DNA of 64,000 bases from Alphaproteobacteria bacterium. Lineage in GTDB: Bacteria; Pseudomonadota; Alphaproteobacteria; SP197. Every line of letters begins with the position of its first letter. Positions within the stretch are counted from its first letter, which is position 1. Location of the stretch: assembly GCA_964291415.2 (NCBI GenBank), contig OZ219920.1, forward strand, positions 256,001-320,000. Direction: 5' to 3'. Position numbers and translations under genes: made by a program. The notes beneath the pieces are model-generated. The model was given only the letters and a program-made list of their open reading frames with translations, was not told the DNA's origin and did no database searches. Shown piece by piece: positions 9,791-20,421 of this stretch.

Positions 9791-11031
9791 ATGACGACGA
9801 CACGCATTTCGGCGGCCGAGGCGGTGCAGCGCGGCGCCATGGAAGGCAGCGAAGCGCCCGTCGATCTCGACAAGGTCCGGCGCGACCGCCTTGCCAATGT
9901 TCACCGGCAGCTCGCCCGCAGCGATCTCGCCGGGGTCCTGCTCTTCGATCAGCTCAACGTGCGGTACGCCATCGATGCGACCAACATGCAGGTGTGGTGC
10001 CTGCACAACGAGGTCCGCTACTGCTTCGTTGCGACGGACGGACCGGTCATCTCTTCGAGTTCGGCCACGGCGACCGTCTCACCCGAGGGTATCCGGGAAT
10101 CAGCGAGCGGCGGCCGGCCCGGGCTGCGACGTACTTCTCATCCGGTAACCGCGCGCATGAACACGCCCGCGAGTTCGCCCGGGAGATCGCGGATGTCGTG
10201 CGGGAGCACGGGGCCGGCAACCGGCGGATCGGCATCGATCGCATGGGCGCCGATCTCTACCACGCCCTGGAAAACGAGAATCTCGACCTTCAGGACGGCT
10301 TCGCGCTGATGGAGGAGGCGCGCAAGATCAAGACGCCCGAAGAGATCGTCCTGATGCGCTGCGCCATCGAGGCGTCCGAGAAGGGGATCCGGGCGATGCG
10401 CGAGAACCTGCGGCCCGGCATCACCGAGAATGCCCTGTGGGCGAAACTTCACGAAGCCAACATTGCCGAAGGGGGCGAGTGGATCGAAACCCGCCTGCTG
10501 TCGTCGGGGCCGCGCACCAACCCCTGGATGCAGGAGTGCTCCATGAGGGTGATCGAGAAGGGCGACATGGTGAGCTTCGACACCGACCTCGTGGGACCCT
10601 ACGGCTACTGTTCGGACATCTCGCGGGCGTGGATCTGCGATGCCCGTCCCACCAATGAACAGCAACGGCTCTACATGGCTGCCATGGAGCAGCTCGAGCA
10701 CAACAAGGCGTTGCTGAAACCGGGATTGTCGTTCCGCGAATGGGCCGAGAAGGCGTGGCCCATCCCCGACGAGTTCCTGGCCAGCCGGTACGGCATCATC
10801 GCCCACGGAGTGGGCCTGGTCGACGAGTATCCGGCGATTGCCCACCGGGAGGATTTCGTTGAGCGGGGCTACGACGGCATCATCCACCCGGGCATGGTGC
10901 TGTGCGTCGAATCACTGATCGGCACCGAGGGCGGGCGCGAGGCGGTCAAGCTCGAACAGCAGCTGTTGGTCACGCAGACCGGATACGAACGCCTGGACAC
11001 CTATCCCATGGATGAGACCTGGGTTTCCTGA
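9791..11031 (+). pseudogene. M24B metallopeptidase-fold protein, DddP (DMSP lyase)-like, frameshifted near 10051
   Basis: LLFDQLNVRYAIDATNMQVW; GGEWIETRLLSSGPRTNPW; SFDTDLVGPYGYCSDISR; HGVGLVDEYP; adding one C in gtcatctcttc joins the two ORFs. Confidence 0.8.
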
Positions 11032-11059
11032 AGCCCTGTGGCGTTCCGGAGGTGACGAC

Positions 11060-11911
11060 ATGCATGACCTGACCCCGCTTCACGACGAGTTCGGCGTCAG
11101 GCTCGAGTGCTCCTCGATCGGGGCGCTTGACATTGCCGGGCTCAGACAGCTGATCGACCGCTACTCCTTCATCCACGTACCCGGCGTCGCCAGCGGTGAC
11201 GAGGCTCATCTCGCGCTCACCCGCAGTCTTGGCGAGCCTGAGGAGGAACACGTCCGCCTGGGCCGGGAAGGCAAGGTTGCGTGGTTCGGCACCGTCGGCA
11301 ATGTGCGCGAGGACGGTACGGTGCGCCGCAATGACCACAAGGAGACGCTCTACCAGACCGGCAACAACATGTGGCACTCGGATTCGTCGTTCCGTGCAGT
11401 GCCGAGCTTCGTGTCGATCACGTGTGCCTACGAGACGCCCGACGAGGGTGGTGAAACGCTCTTTGCCAGCCAGCGCAGCGCCTTTGGGCGTCTCGATGCG
11501 GCAGAGCAGGAACGGCTTGAACCTCTCGTCGCCATCCATGACTACGTGTATTCACGATCCAAGGTCCATCCCGACGCCGTGACGGCCACCCATGCCGCCT
11601 CGCTGCCACCGGTGCGCCAGCGTCTCGTGCGCCGCAATCCGGAAACCGGCTCGAAGAATCTCTACATTGGCTCCCATGCCCGCGAGGTGGAGGGCTGGTC
11701 CTTCGAGAAGGGCAGGGAACTGCTCGACGGCCTGCTCGAGGAGACGACGGCGGACGAGCATGTGCTCGCCCACCGCTGGCGGCCCGGAGATCTCGTGATC
11801 TGGGACAACCGCTGCCTGCTCCATCGGGGCGCGGGGTACGACGCCGACCGCTACCGGCGTTACATGCGCCAGACACGTGTGAAGGGGACCGGTTCCACCC
11901 TCGAGGAGTGA
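11060..11911 (+). CDS. TauD/TfdA family Fe(II)/2-oxoglutarate dioxygenase
   Basis: WHSDSSF (HxD), GGETLFA, WDNRCLLHR motifs. Confidence 0.92.
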   Translation: MHDLTPLHDEFGVRLECSSIGALDIAGLRQLIDRYSFIHVPGVASGDEAHLALTRSLGEPEEEHVRLGREGKVAWFGTVGNVREDGTVRRNDHKETLYQTGNNMWHSDSSFRAVPSFVSITCAYETPDEGGETLFASQRSAFGRLDAAEQERLEPLVAIHDYVYSRSKVHPDAVTATHAASLPPVRQRLVRRNPETGSKNLYIGSHAREVEGWSFEKGRELLDGLLEETTADEHVLAHRWRPGDLVIWDNRCLLHRGAGYDADRYRRYMRQTRVKGTGSTLEE

Positions 11912-11927
11912 TCGCGCATGCCGGTTG

Positions 11928-13094
11928 TCAGGACGCCTTGCTGCGGCGCTCGAACGCCGCATCGAGATCGGCAATGAGATCGTCGGCGTCCTCCAGTCCG
12001 GCGTGGATCCTCAGCAGCTGGCCCTCTGCGGTCCAGGGGACGGCGGTGCGTGACGACGAGGGGTCGACGGGGACCAGGAGACTCTCGTAGCCGCCCCACG
12101 ACCAGCCCATTCCGAAGAGCGTGAGGCCGTCCACCATGGCGGCAAGGGCCTCCCGGCTGGTGGGCGCCAGGAGAACGCCGAAGAGACCGCTCGCACCGGT
12201 AAAGTCACGTTTCCACAGCGCATGGCCGGGGTCTGAATCAAGGCCGGGGTGGAGCACACGGACCACGTCAGGGTGGCGACGCAGCCAGGTCGCCAGACGA
12301 AGGCCGGTCTCATGATGGCGCCGGAGCCTGACGGCGATGGTGCGGATGCCGCGCTGAGCGAGATAGGCGTCATCAGGGCCGATGCAGCTGCCGAGCTCCT
12401 GGAAGGTGTGCCAGACGCGCTCACACCAGTCGCCCCTGGCCGCGACGAGACCGCACATGGCGTCGGAATGGCCGACGATGTACTTGGTTCCCGCCTGCAC
12501 GACGATGTCGACTCCGAGATCGAAGGGCTTGAGGAAGTACCCTCCCGACCACGTGTTGTCGTTGATGACCACGGCGCCGTGCTCGTGGGCAATGGCGGCA
12601 ATGGCAGGAAGGTCCTGGACCTCGAAGGTGAGGGATCCCGGACTTTCCGTGTAGACGGCCCTGGTGTTGGGCTGCATTAGGGCCGCAATGTCCTCTCCGG
12701 CCGCAGGATCGTAATAGCTCGTCTCGACGCCGAAGGAGCGCAGAATGCCGTCGGCGAACGTCCGCGTGGGAAGATAGGCGGAATCGGCGACGAGCAGGTG
12801 ATCCCCCGATTCCAGGCAGGCAAGCAGCGCCGTCACGATGGCCGCCTTGCCCGATCCTGTGGCCACCGCCATGTCCGCGCCCTCGAGTGCGGCATAGGCG
12901 TCCTGGAGCGAGTGGGTGGTTGGCGTGCCGATGCGCCCGTAGACCACCTGACGCGGATCCCTGCCGCGGCCTTTCTGCAAGGCTTCCAGGGTCGGGAAGA
13001 GAACGGTGGAAGCGTGGTAGACCGGCGGATTGACGATGCCGTGATTGTTGTGCGGATCACGTCCGGCGGTCACCACGCGGGTGTCGTCCTTCAT
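11928..13094 (-). CDS. metC: Cystathionine beta-lyase
   Basis: VNPPVYHASTVLF, YGRIGTPT, ESPGSLTFEVQD, TKYIVGHSD, FGMGWSWGGYESL. Confidence 0.93.
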   Translation of the reverse strand: MKDDTRVVTAGRDPHNNHGIVNPPVYHASTVLFPTLEALQKGRGRDPRQVVYGRIGTPTTHSLQDAYAALEGADMAVATGSGKAAIVTALLACLESGDHLLVADSAYLPTRTFADGILRSFGVETSYYDPAAGEDIAALMQPNTRAVYTESPGSLTFEVQDLPAIAAIAHEHGAVVINDNTWSGGYFLKPFDLGVDIVVQAGTKYIVGHSDAMCGLVAARGDWCERVWHTFQELGSCIGPDDAYLAQRGIRTIAVRLRRHHETGLRLATWLRRHPDVVRVLHPGLDSDPGHALWKRDFTGASGLFGVLLAPTSREALAAMVDGLTLFGMGWSWGGYESLLVPVDPSSSRTAVPWTAEGQLLRIHAGLEDADDLIADLDAAFERRSKAS

Positions 13095-13708
13095 CCTGCT
13101 CTTTCCTCTCCGCCCTGCGGATTGAAGGCCTCGGCCGATTGCGGGAGATCGAAGGCGCCCCTGAAATGGGAGTCGGGAATGAGCCAGGCCTCTTCGCGCC
13201 GAACCACCCTGAACCCGGCCTTCTGGTACATGACGAGAGCCCGGGGATGATCCCGGACGTTGGTGTCGACCAGTGCCAGATCGACGCCTGGCCGCCACAT
13301 GGCGTCGATGACATGGTCGAGAAAGTAACCTCCGTAGCCCTTGCCCTGGTACTCCGGCAGGAATCCGAAGAGCGCCAGCTCACTGGTTCCAGGCCGGCGA
13401 AAATCAAGTTCGGCGAAGCCCGCCGGTACGCCGCCGACATGGCAGACGATGATCTCGACGGCCGGATGATGGATCACGTCGAGGAGGCGGTCTTGCGGCC
13501 ACACGAGGCGGTCGGTCCAGTTCCAGTCGCGCCCGACATTGCGATAGAGCCACAGGTAGAACGATCGCGGCGGCCGTTCCGCGCGCAGCAACGCCACCTT
13601 TCCGACAGGCGCCGGACGCGGCGGTCTTGCCGGTCTCGCGGACATTTCGAGGTAGGTGATCGTCGTGGGCAGCGTGCGCAGCGCGTCCGCCGGAAAGGCT
13701 GTGGTCAC
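13091..13708 (-). CDS. GNAT family N-acetyltransferase
   Basis: ITYLEM, LYRNVGRDWNW, FGFLPEYQGKGYG, DHPRALVMYQKAGF. Confidence 0.88.
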   Translation of the reverse strand: MTTAFPADALRTLPTTITYLEMSARPARPPRPAPVGKVALLRAERPPRSFYLWLYRNVGRDWNWTDRLVWPQDRLLDVIHHPAVEIIVCHVGGVPAGFAELDFRRPGTSELALFGFLPEYQGKGYGGYFLDHVIDAMWRPGVDLALVDTNVRDHPRALVMYQKAGFRVVRREEAWLIPDSHFRGAFDLPQSAEAFNPQGGEERAG

Positions 13709-14553
13709 AGGTCCCCCGTGGCTACCGGGGTGTCGTCAGCGCCGCCCCACTCGGTCCAGGAACCGTCATAGACGGCAGCATCCGGGAACTCGGCAAGATC
13801 GAGAGCAAGGGCGAGGAAACACGCTGAAATGCCCGAACCGCAGGTGGTGATCACCGGTCGCGAAGGGTCGATCCCGGCATCGTGGAAGGCGGCAGCGATC
13901 GCCTCGTTGTCGACGATCGTGCCGTTCTGGTGGAGCAGCGTCGTGTAGGGGAGGTTGCGGCTCCCCGGGATATGCCCGCTCTTCAGACCCGGGCGAAACT
14001 CCGGCTCCTCCCCGGCAAAGCGGCCACGGCCGCGGGCATCGACAACCTGGGCGCGGCCGTTTGCGAGATTTGCCTTCATCTGTCCGATGTCGCGCACCAG
14101 GAATGTGTTGAAGCGTGGCGTGAAGTGCCGTTCACGGGGAATCACCGGTTCGTCGTCGACCGGCCGGCCTTCGGCCATCCACTTCGCGAGTCCTCCATCG
14201 AGGACCTGGATGTCATCGTGGCCGAAGACCCGGAACATCCACCATACCCGGGCTGCCGCCATCATGTTGCCGCCGTCGTAGACCACGATCCGGACTCCGT
14301 CGCCCAGGCCCAGCGCCCGTACACGGCTGGAGAACTTCTCGGGCCGGGGCAGCATGTGGGGAAGGTCCGTCGACTCGTCGCTGATGTCGTCGATGTCGAA
14401 GAACACGGCCCCGGCGATGTGCCTCTCGCGGTAGTCCGAAAGGGCGTCGCGGTTTTCGACGGGGAGATACCACGAGGCATCCACGAGACGCACATCCGGC
14501 GCGTCGAGCAGTCCGGCAAGGGTTTCGGTGTCAACAAGCCAGCGGTCGCGCAT
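13705..14553 (-). CDS. sseA: 3-mercaptopyruvate sulfurtransferase
   Basis: Tandem rhodanese: HIAGAVFFDID, CGSGISA active loop, YDGSWTEWG. Confidence 0.93.
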   Translation of the reverse strand: MRDRWLVDTETLAGLLDAPDVRLVDASWYLPVENRDALSDYRERHIAGAVFFDIDDISDESTDLPHMLPRPEKFSSRVRALGLGDGVRIVVYDGGNMMAAARVWWMFRVFGHDDIQVLDGGLAKWMAEGRPVDDEPVIPRERHFTPRFNTFLVRDIGQMKANLANGRAQVVDARGRGRFAGEEPEFRPGLKSGHIPGSRNLPYTTLLHQNGTIVDNEAIAAAFHDAGIDPSRPVITTCGSGISACFLALALDLAEFPDAAVYDGSWTEWGGADDTPVATGDL

Positions 14554-14569
14554 CGCTCATCGCTTTCCT

Positions 14570-15277
14570 TCAGGTGGTGAAGATCACGTTGATGCGGCGG
14601 TTGTGCCGGCCCTTGTTCTCGATCTTCGAGACAGCCATGCCGGCAAGTTCGCCGGTCCGGGCGACATGAGTGCCGCCACAGGGCTGCAGGTCGACACCCT
14701 CGATCTCCAGCAGCCTGACCATGCCGGCGCCGCGCGGGGGCCTGATGCTCATGGTGCGGATGAGTTCGGGTCTGCGATCGAGTTCTTCCTCGCTGATCCA
14801 GCGCGGCGTGACCGGCAGGTCGGCTGCCGCCATCTCCGCCAGCCTGGCGGTGATGTCATCCCTGGTCATGTCCGGCTGCGGCCAGTTGAGATCGATGCGG
14901 CTCTTCGCGGCGCCGACGGAAGCCCCGGTGATCTCCGCATCGACGATGGCGCACAACAGATGGAGTGTGGTGTGCATGCGCATGTGGCGGTATCGCCGGT
15001 CCCAGTCGATGTGGGCAGTCACGGGCGTGCCGGGTGCCGGAAGCGGGTGACCGGATTCGGGAATGTGGACGACATCGTCCATGGCCTTGCCCTTCACCGT
15101 GTCGGCAATGGGGACCAAGGAGCCGTCGTCGAACTCGAGGTGGCCGGAGTCTCCAGGCTGCCCGCCGCCGTTGGGATAGAAGACCGTGCTGTCGAGGCGC
15201 AGACGTCCTCCTTCGGTGGACGTCACCCTCGCCTGGCAGGACGCACGGTAGGCGTCGTCGAGATACAGGCGTTCCAT
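14570..15277 (-). CDS. alaX: Alanyl-tRNA editing protein AlaX
   Basis: FYPNGGGQPGDSG, HMRMHTTLH (HxxxH), DLQPCGGTHV (CxxxH). Confidence 0.92.
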   Translation of the reverse strand: MERLYLDDAYRASCQARVTSTEGGRLRLDSTVFYPNGGGQPGDSGHLEFDDGSLVPIADTVKGKAMDDVVHIPESGHPLPAPGTPVTAHIDWDRRYRHMRMHTTLHLLCAIVDAEITGASVGAAKSRIDLNWPQPDMTRDDITARLAEMAAADLPVTPRWISEEELDRRPELIRTMSIRPPRGAGMVRLLEIEGVDLQPCGGTHVARTGELAGMAVSKIENKGRHNRRINVIFTT

Positions 15278-15278
15278 G

Positions 15279-16280
15279 TCATGTCATCCAGGGTGGGGGA
15301 GGCAGATTGCGCTCCTTCAGGAACTCGGGGTTGAAGATCTTGCTCTGGTAGCGTGCTCCGTAGTCACACAGAAGGGTGACGATGGTGTGGCCGGGACCGA
15401 GTTCCCGGGCGATCTTCATGGCGCCGGCAACGTTGATGCCCGTGGAACCGCCCAGACACAGGCCCTCTTCGATCAACAGGTCGTAGATGACCTCGAGCAT
15501 CTCGACATCGCTGACCTGGACGGACATGTCGATCGGTGCACCCTCGAGGTTCCGTGTCACCCGGCCCTGTCCGATGCCTTCCGAGATCGAACTTCCCTCC
15601 GACGTGAGTTCATCCTTCGTGACCCAGTTGTGCATGCACGAGCCAAAGGGATCGGTGAGGCCGATGACGATGTCGGGGTTGCGTTCCTTGAGGAAGATGC
15701 CGACTCCGGCGATGGTGCCTCCCGTGCCGATAGAGGATGCAAAGGCGTCCACCTTGCCAGCGGTCTGCTCCCAGATCTCGGGCCCGGTGCTCTCGATGTG
15801 AGCCTGCCTGTTGGCGACATTGTCGAACTGGTTGGCCCACACGGCGCCGCGGGGTTCGCTCGCCGCCTTCTCGCGGGCGATTCTCTCGGATGTGCGGATG
15901 TAATTGGCGGGATCTCGATAGGGTTTGGCCGGTGTCAGGTGAAGGTCGGCGCCCAGTGATCTGAGGGCGTCCTTCTTTTCCTTGCTCTGGGTCTCCGGCA
16001 TGACGATCACCGAGCGGTAGCCCAGGGCGTTGCCGACGGTACACAGGCCAATACCCGTGTTGCCGGCCGTGCCTTCGACGATGGTACCTCCCGGTCCCAG
16101 TTCGCCCGTTCTTTCGGCTTGCCTGATGATCCAAAGTGCCGCCCGGTCCTTGACCGACTGCCCGGGATTGAGGAACTCGCACTTGCCGAGAATCTCGCAT
16201 CCCGTCTTTTTCGAGGGTCCCGCAAGACGCAGCAGCGGTGTGCCACCGACCAGGGAAACAAGGCTCTCGTGGGTTGTCAT
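15279..16280 (-). CDS. cysK: Cysteine synthase A-like PLP enzyme
   Basis: KCEFLNPGQSVKDR, EGTAGNTGIG, GTGGTIAG, EGIGQGRVT. Confidence 0.88.
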   Translation of the reverse strand: MTTHESLVSLVGGTPLLRLAGPSKKTGCEILGKCEFLNPGQSVKDRAALWIIRQAERTGELGPGGTIVEGTAGNTGIGLCTVGNALGYRSVIVMPETQSKEKKDALRSLGADLHLTPAKPYRDPANYIRTSERIAREKAASEPRGAVWANQFDNVANRQAHIESTGPEIWEQTAGKVDAFASSIGTGGTIAGVGIFLKERNPDIVIGLTDPFGSCMHNWVTKDELTSEGSSISEGIGQGRVTRNLEGAPIDMSVQVSDVEMLEVIYDLLIEEGLCLGGSTGINVAGAMKIARELGPGHTIVTLLCDYGARYQSKIFNPEFLKERNLPPPPWMT

Positions 16281-16717
16281 GTGGCAATCCGTGACATGGA
16301 TGGCAGCCTCCCTGGCCTGGAACCGGCGCACTCTAGGAAAGCAGAGCATGCCGATCAAGGACAGCGGATCCCGCGCCACTCGTTCAGGACGGCCCGGTCC
16401 GCATCCGTACGTTATCCGGAACAGCGCGGCGCATCGTCGTTGAGGGGGACGGACACGTCGGGGATCCCGAATGCCGGTCACGCCGCTGCGAACTCCTCTA
16501 GGGGTGTATCCCGATCACAGTCCGTCGTCTGACGGAGATTGCGAACCGTCTCGTTTCCCAAGTCGGGTCTCCTGCATCGATCAAGTGAGTGTGTGGCTGG
16601 TTCTCCAACCGAGAGTCGTTGAATGGGCTCCTGAACCTTGAGTTCCACTACGCAGAAAGGAGTGATGCTCCAGCGGCAAGTATGGAAGTCATGCTGTTTT
16701 ACGTATGATTTCTCTCC

Positions 16718-16981
16718 ATGAAACTCGAGCATGACACCGTCAAGAGCGTCGCAAACCGCAGCAAACACGGCATTGACTTTGATGAAGCCCAAGCCCTCTG
16801 GGACGACCCTTACCTCATCGAAGCCCCGGCAAACGTGACAGATGAGCCGCGCTATCTGGCTGTCGGCATGATCGGCGCCAGGCACTGGACGGCGGTTTAC
16901 ACATATCGGAACGAGCGGGTGCAAATCATTTCCGTGCGTCGCTCTCGCAAGCAGGAGATAGACCACTATGAAGGCGCGTGA
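16718..16981 (+). CDS. brnT: BrnT family toxin (type II TA)
   Basis: NRSKHGIDFDEAQALWDD, EPRYLAVGMI, IISVRRSR. Confidence 0.9.
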   Translation: MKLEHDTVKSVANRSKHGIDFDEAQALWDDPYLIEAPANVTDEPRYLAVGMIGARHWTAVYTYRNERVQIISVRRSRKQEIDHYEGA

Positions 16982-17183
16982 ATTCGACGAGAGGTTCGAT
17001 GCGGGCGAAGACATGTCGGCCGATGTCGACTGGTCCAGGGCCCGCCGGCTGAATGTTGAGACCAGACGGGTCAATGTGGACTTTCCGGCGTGGGTTGTCT
17101 CGGGTCTGGACCGGCAGGCTCGAATACTGGGCATCACCCGCCAGGCGCTGATCAAGATGTGGATCGCCGACCGTCTGCAATGA
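16968..17183 (+). CDS. brnA: BrnA-like CopG/RHH antitoxin
   Basis: MKAREFDERFDAGED...RVNVDFPAW...GITRQALIKMWIADRL; overlaps the toxin stop. Confidence 0.88.
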   Translation: MKAREFDERFDAGEDMSADVDWSRARRLNVETRRVNVDFPAWVVSGLDRQARILGITRQALIKMWIADRLQ

Positions 17184-17475
17184 ACCCGTCTTGGAGACTG
17201 CGTGACGGGATACGTCGTTGAACACGCCGTCGGGCGGATCTTGCAAGCCTCTCCGGTGAGCAACACCGCGAAGGTGGGCGGCAAGGCCGGCGCCTGGTTC
17301 CGGAATGCCGGAGGCTTGCTGATTGACGATCCGTCGCAAGGGCGATGAGGTCCTGACTCCGGCACGGAGTCGGGCGCCTCCTTGTCCGATGCCGTCGGGG
17401 GTGTGTATCCTGCGGCTTGACGCCCCGGCTCGATCGGACGATGCCGGCGGCAGGCAAACGCGGGAGCGCCAGACG

Positions 17476-18870
17476 ATGAGACGCAACTTCCAGTATGATG
17501 TTGAAGGCCTGATGGCCAAGGACAAGGCCCACGCCATGCACCCCTGGCACGAGTTCGGCCGCGAGGAGCACATGATCCTGGCGGATTCGGAGGGAATCTA
17601 CGTCTACGACGGCGAGGGCAACCGCTACATCGACGGTATCGGCGGCATGTGGGCCGTGCAGCTCGGTTACGGCAACGAGGAGATGGCAACGGCCATCTCG
17701 GACCAGGTGCGCAGCATGGTCTACTATTCGCCCTGGTCGATGGCGACCCCGCCCCACGCGGAACTCTCCGCCAAACTGGCGACGCTGACACCGGGAGATC
17801 TCAACCGGTTCTTCTATTCAACCGGCGGTTCGACGGCGAACGACGCTGCGGTCCGCTTCGTCCACTACTACTGGAACGTCGTCGGCGAGCCGTCCCGCAA
17901 GACCATTCTCACGCGCGACGACGCCTACCATGGCAGCACGTATCTTGCCGATTCGCTGTGCGGCAAGCCCGGCAACGACACGCGCATGGAACGGGTGACG
18001 GAGTGGATCGAACATCTCTCGTCTCCCAATCCCTACCGCAAGCCCGAGGGCATGGACGACGCCGCGTTCCTCGATCACCTGATCACCGAGATGGACAACC
18101 GGATCAAGGCGATCGGCCCGGAGAACGTGGCGGCCTTCATCGCCGAGCCGGTGCTGGCGTCCGGCGGCGTCATCGTGCCGCCGAAAGGCTACCAGAAGGC
18201 GTGTCTCGAGACCTGCCGCAAGTACGGCATCCTCTACATCTCCGACGAGGTGGTGACGGGTTTCGGGCGCATGGGGCACTTCTTTTCCTCGGAGCCCGTC
18301 TTCGACATCGTGCCGGACATCATCACCGCGGCGAAGGGATTCACCTCCGGATACATCCCTGCCGGCCTGACGGCCATTTCCGAGAGAATGCACCAGGACA
18401 TCATCGAAAAGGGTGGGGATTCTCCCACGTTTTCCATGGGTTTCACCTATTCGGGACACCCGGTCGCCATGGCGGCGGCGCTCAAGAACATCGAGATCAT
18501 GGAGCGCGACGACATCATGGGTCACGCCCGCAGCACGGGCGACTACTTCCAGGAGCAGCTGCGCTCCCTGGCAGACCTTCCCATGGTGGGCGACGTCCGG
18601 GGTGTCGGACTCATGGGATGCATCGAGTGTGTCGAGAGCAAGTCGACCAGGAAGGCCTTCGAAGAGAGCCTCAATGTCGGCAAGAAGATCGACGAGAAGT
18701 GCCAGCAGTACGGGCTGATCCTGCGTCCCATGTGGCACCTGTGCGTCTTTTCGCCGCCCATCATCATCACGCGCTCCCAGGTGGACGACATGGTTGCGAT
18801 CATGGAGCGGGCCATCAGGGAAGTGGCGGACGATCTGGTGCGCGACGGTTCCTGGTCGGGCCAGGACTGA
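17476..18870 (+). CDS. Class III aminotransferase (omega-amine/polyamine:pyruvate type)
   Basis: IDGIGGMW, AYHGST, FIAEPVLASGGVIVPP, SDEVVTGFGR, AKGFTSGY, GFTYSGHP. Confidence 0.92.
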   Translation: MRRNFQYDVEGLMAKDKAHAMHPWHEFGREEHMILADSEGIYVYDGEGNRYIDGIGGMWAVQLGYGNEEMATAISDQVRSMVYYSPWSMATPPHAELSAKLATLTPGDLNRFFYSTGGSTANDAAVRFVHYYWNVVGEPSRKTILTRDDAYHGSTYLADSLCGKPGNDTRMERVTEWIEHLSSPNPYRKPEGMDDAAFLDHLITEMDNRIKAIGPENVAAFIAEPVLASGGVIVPPKGYQKACLETCRKYGILYISDEVVTGFGRMGHFFSSEPVFDIVPDIITAAKGFTSGYIPAGLTAISERMHQDIIEKGGDSPTFSMGFTYSGHPVAMAAALKNIEIMERDDIMGHARSTGDYFQEQLRSLADLPMVGDVRGVGLMGCIECVESKSTRKAFEESLNVGKKIDEKCQQYGLILRPMWHLCVFSPPIIITRSQVDDMVAIMERAIREVADDLVRDGSWSGQD

Positions 18871-18891
18871 GCCGGCGGGTTCAGCCGGTCG

Positions 18892-20421
18892 CTATCGGGC
18901 CGCCCTGGCCGGTGCCGGGCTGCGGTCCGGAACCTGACGGGAGACGGTGAAGGACACATCGAGCGCCTGGCCGATCGCTGCGGCCTGGCGCTCGATGCGT
19001 TCAGGCGAGGCGACGGCGGCATCCCGCGGAATCTCCAGGGCGAACCCGTCTGCGGCGGTGACCAGGGGGGTCGAATCGAGGATGGGTCCGCGTCCGGCAC
19101 TCAAGAGCAGCGCGAGACGCAGCAGCCTGCCAAGCAACACCGCCCCGTCGACCGTGTCCGGCTTCAGCAGGCGGCGGCAGGGCGCCGCCTCGTCGGCCGT
19201 TTCCGCGCCCCCGTAGCGCACGAAGATGGTGAGGGCGAGCCATGCCCTTTCCTGGTGATCGAGCACCGACCAGGGCATGTGGAGAACCCTGGAGAGGGAA
19301 CGTCCGGCACGGTACTCGGGGTGTTCTCTCCAGCCGGTGTCGGCGAGGATGCAGGCGGCGCGCACAAGGCGTGGATCGGCATGACCGTGATGCCGGATGA
19401 CCGGGGCGACCCAGCGTTCGAGAGCCGCCGAGCAGTCGGCGAACCGGCGATGCCAGAGAGCGAGTTGATGGCATGCGGCAATCAGCGGATCGCTCTTGCG
19501 GGTGGCGTCATCGAGCATGTGGAAGTGGTGCCCTTCCCGCAAGCCCTGGGCCGAGAACACGACGTTCCTCGGCGCAAGGACGTCCGTCAGGTGGTCGAGC
19601 ACCATGGCCCCCCAGGGCAGGATCGCGGCCCGCCTTCTGGAAATTCCGCGGATACGTGACGTCGTCTCGTCGCTCAGTCTCTCCAGCATGCCGGTGAAGG
19701 TCCGGGCCTCCGCCGGCGCCATGGCGTAGCCGTGCACGATGGTCAGCGGATAGTGATGCTGCGTCATGTGGAGGCGGGCGATGGCCCGCCACGAACCACC
19801 GACCGCGTGAAAATCCCGGTGCTTCCAGGTGTCGAGCCAGGCCACACCGCAGACGGCCTCGCGAATCGCCGCCGATGCGTGTGCCGGGTTCCCTCCCCAT
19901 CGTTCTCTCAGACGCAGGGGTCCGATGTCGCGTGTGGCATGCTCCCTGATGGTGCCGTCCTCGACGGCAACGAGTTCCAGGCTGCCGCCGCCCAGGTCTC
20001 CGATGACGCCGGACAATCCGGGCAGTGCCGAGATGACGCCGGCTGCTGACAGTCGTGCCTCCCCGGCGCCGGTCAGAACCGTCACGGCACGTCCTGTCCT
20101 TGTCTCGACTGAGCGGCAGAAGTCGCCGCCGTTGGCGGCCTGCCTTACGGCGGCGGTGGCATAGAGGGCGAGGTCTGAACAGGGAACGCTGTCGGCAAGG
20201 CGCACCAGGATATCGACGGCTTCGATGCCTCTGCGAAAGGCCTCTTCGCCGAACCGGCCGTGGCGCTCGACGTCCACACCGAGTCCGATGACTGCCTTGT
20301 GGTTGATGACCGGCAGAGGCGCCCGGCCGAGATCATCGAAGATGACGAGGCGAATCGAATTCGAGCCGATATCGATCACCCCCACCCTGGTGGCGGGGAG
20401 CAACTCAACGGCTTCGTTCAT
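18892..20421 (-). CDS. ppx: Exopolyphosphatase Ppx/GppA
   Basis: [35 protein letters not shown]; coupled to ppk1. Confidence 0.93.
   Translation of the reverse strand: MNEAVELLPATRVGVIDIGSNSIRLVIFDDLGRAPLPVINHKAVIGLGVDVERHGRFGEEAFRRGIEAVDILVRLADSVPCSDLALYATAAVRQAANGGDFCRSVETRTGRAVTVLTGAGEARLSAAGVISALPGLSGVIGDLGGGSLELVAVEDGTIREHATRDIGPLRLRERWGGNPAHASAAIREAVCGVAWLDTWKHRDFHAVGGSWRAIARLHMTQHHYPLTIVHGYAMAPAEARTFTGMLERLSDETTSRIRGISRRRAAILPWGAMVLDHLTDVLAPRNVVFSAQGLREGHHFHMLDDATRKSDPLIAACHQLALWHRRFADCSAALERWVAPVIRHHGHADPRLVRAACILADTGWREHPEYRAGRSLSRVLHMPWSVLDHQERAWLALTIFVRYGGAETADEAAPCRRLLKPDTVDGAVLLGRLLRLALLLSAGRGPILDSTPLVTAADGFALEIPRDAAVASPERIERQAAAIGQALDVSFTVSRQVPDRSPAPARAAR

Noticed and set aside
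16281-16717. Riboswitch or IS remnant upstream of cysK and brnT
   Set aside because: No SAM, cobalamin or other riboswitch consensus and no transposase fragment or terminal repeats recognised
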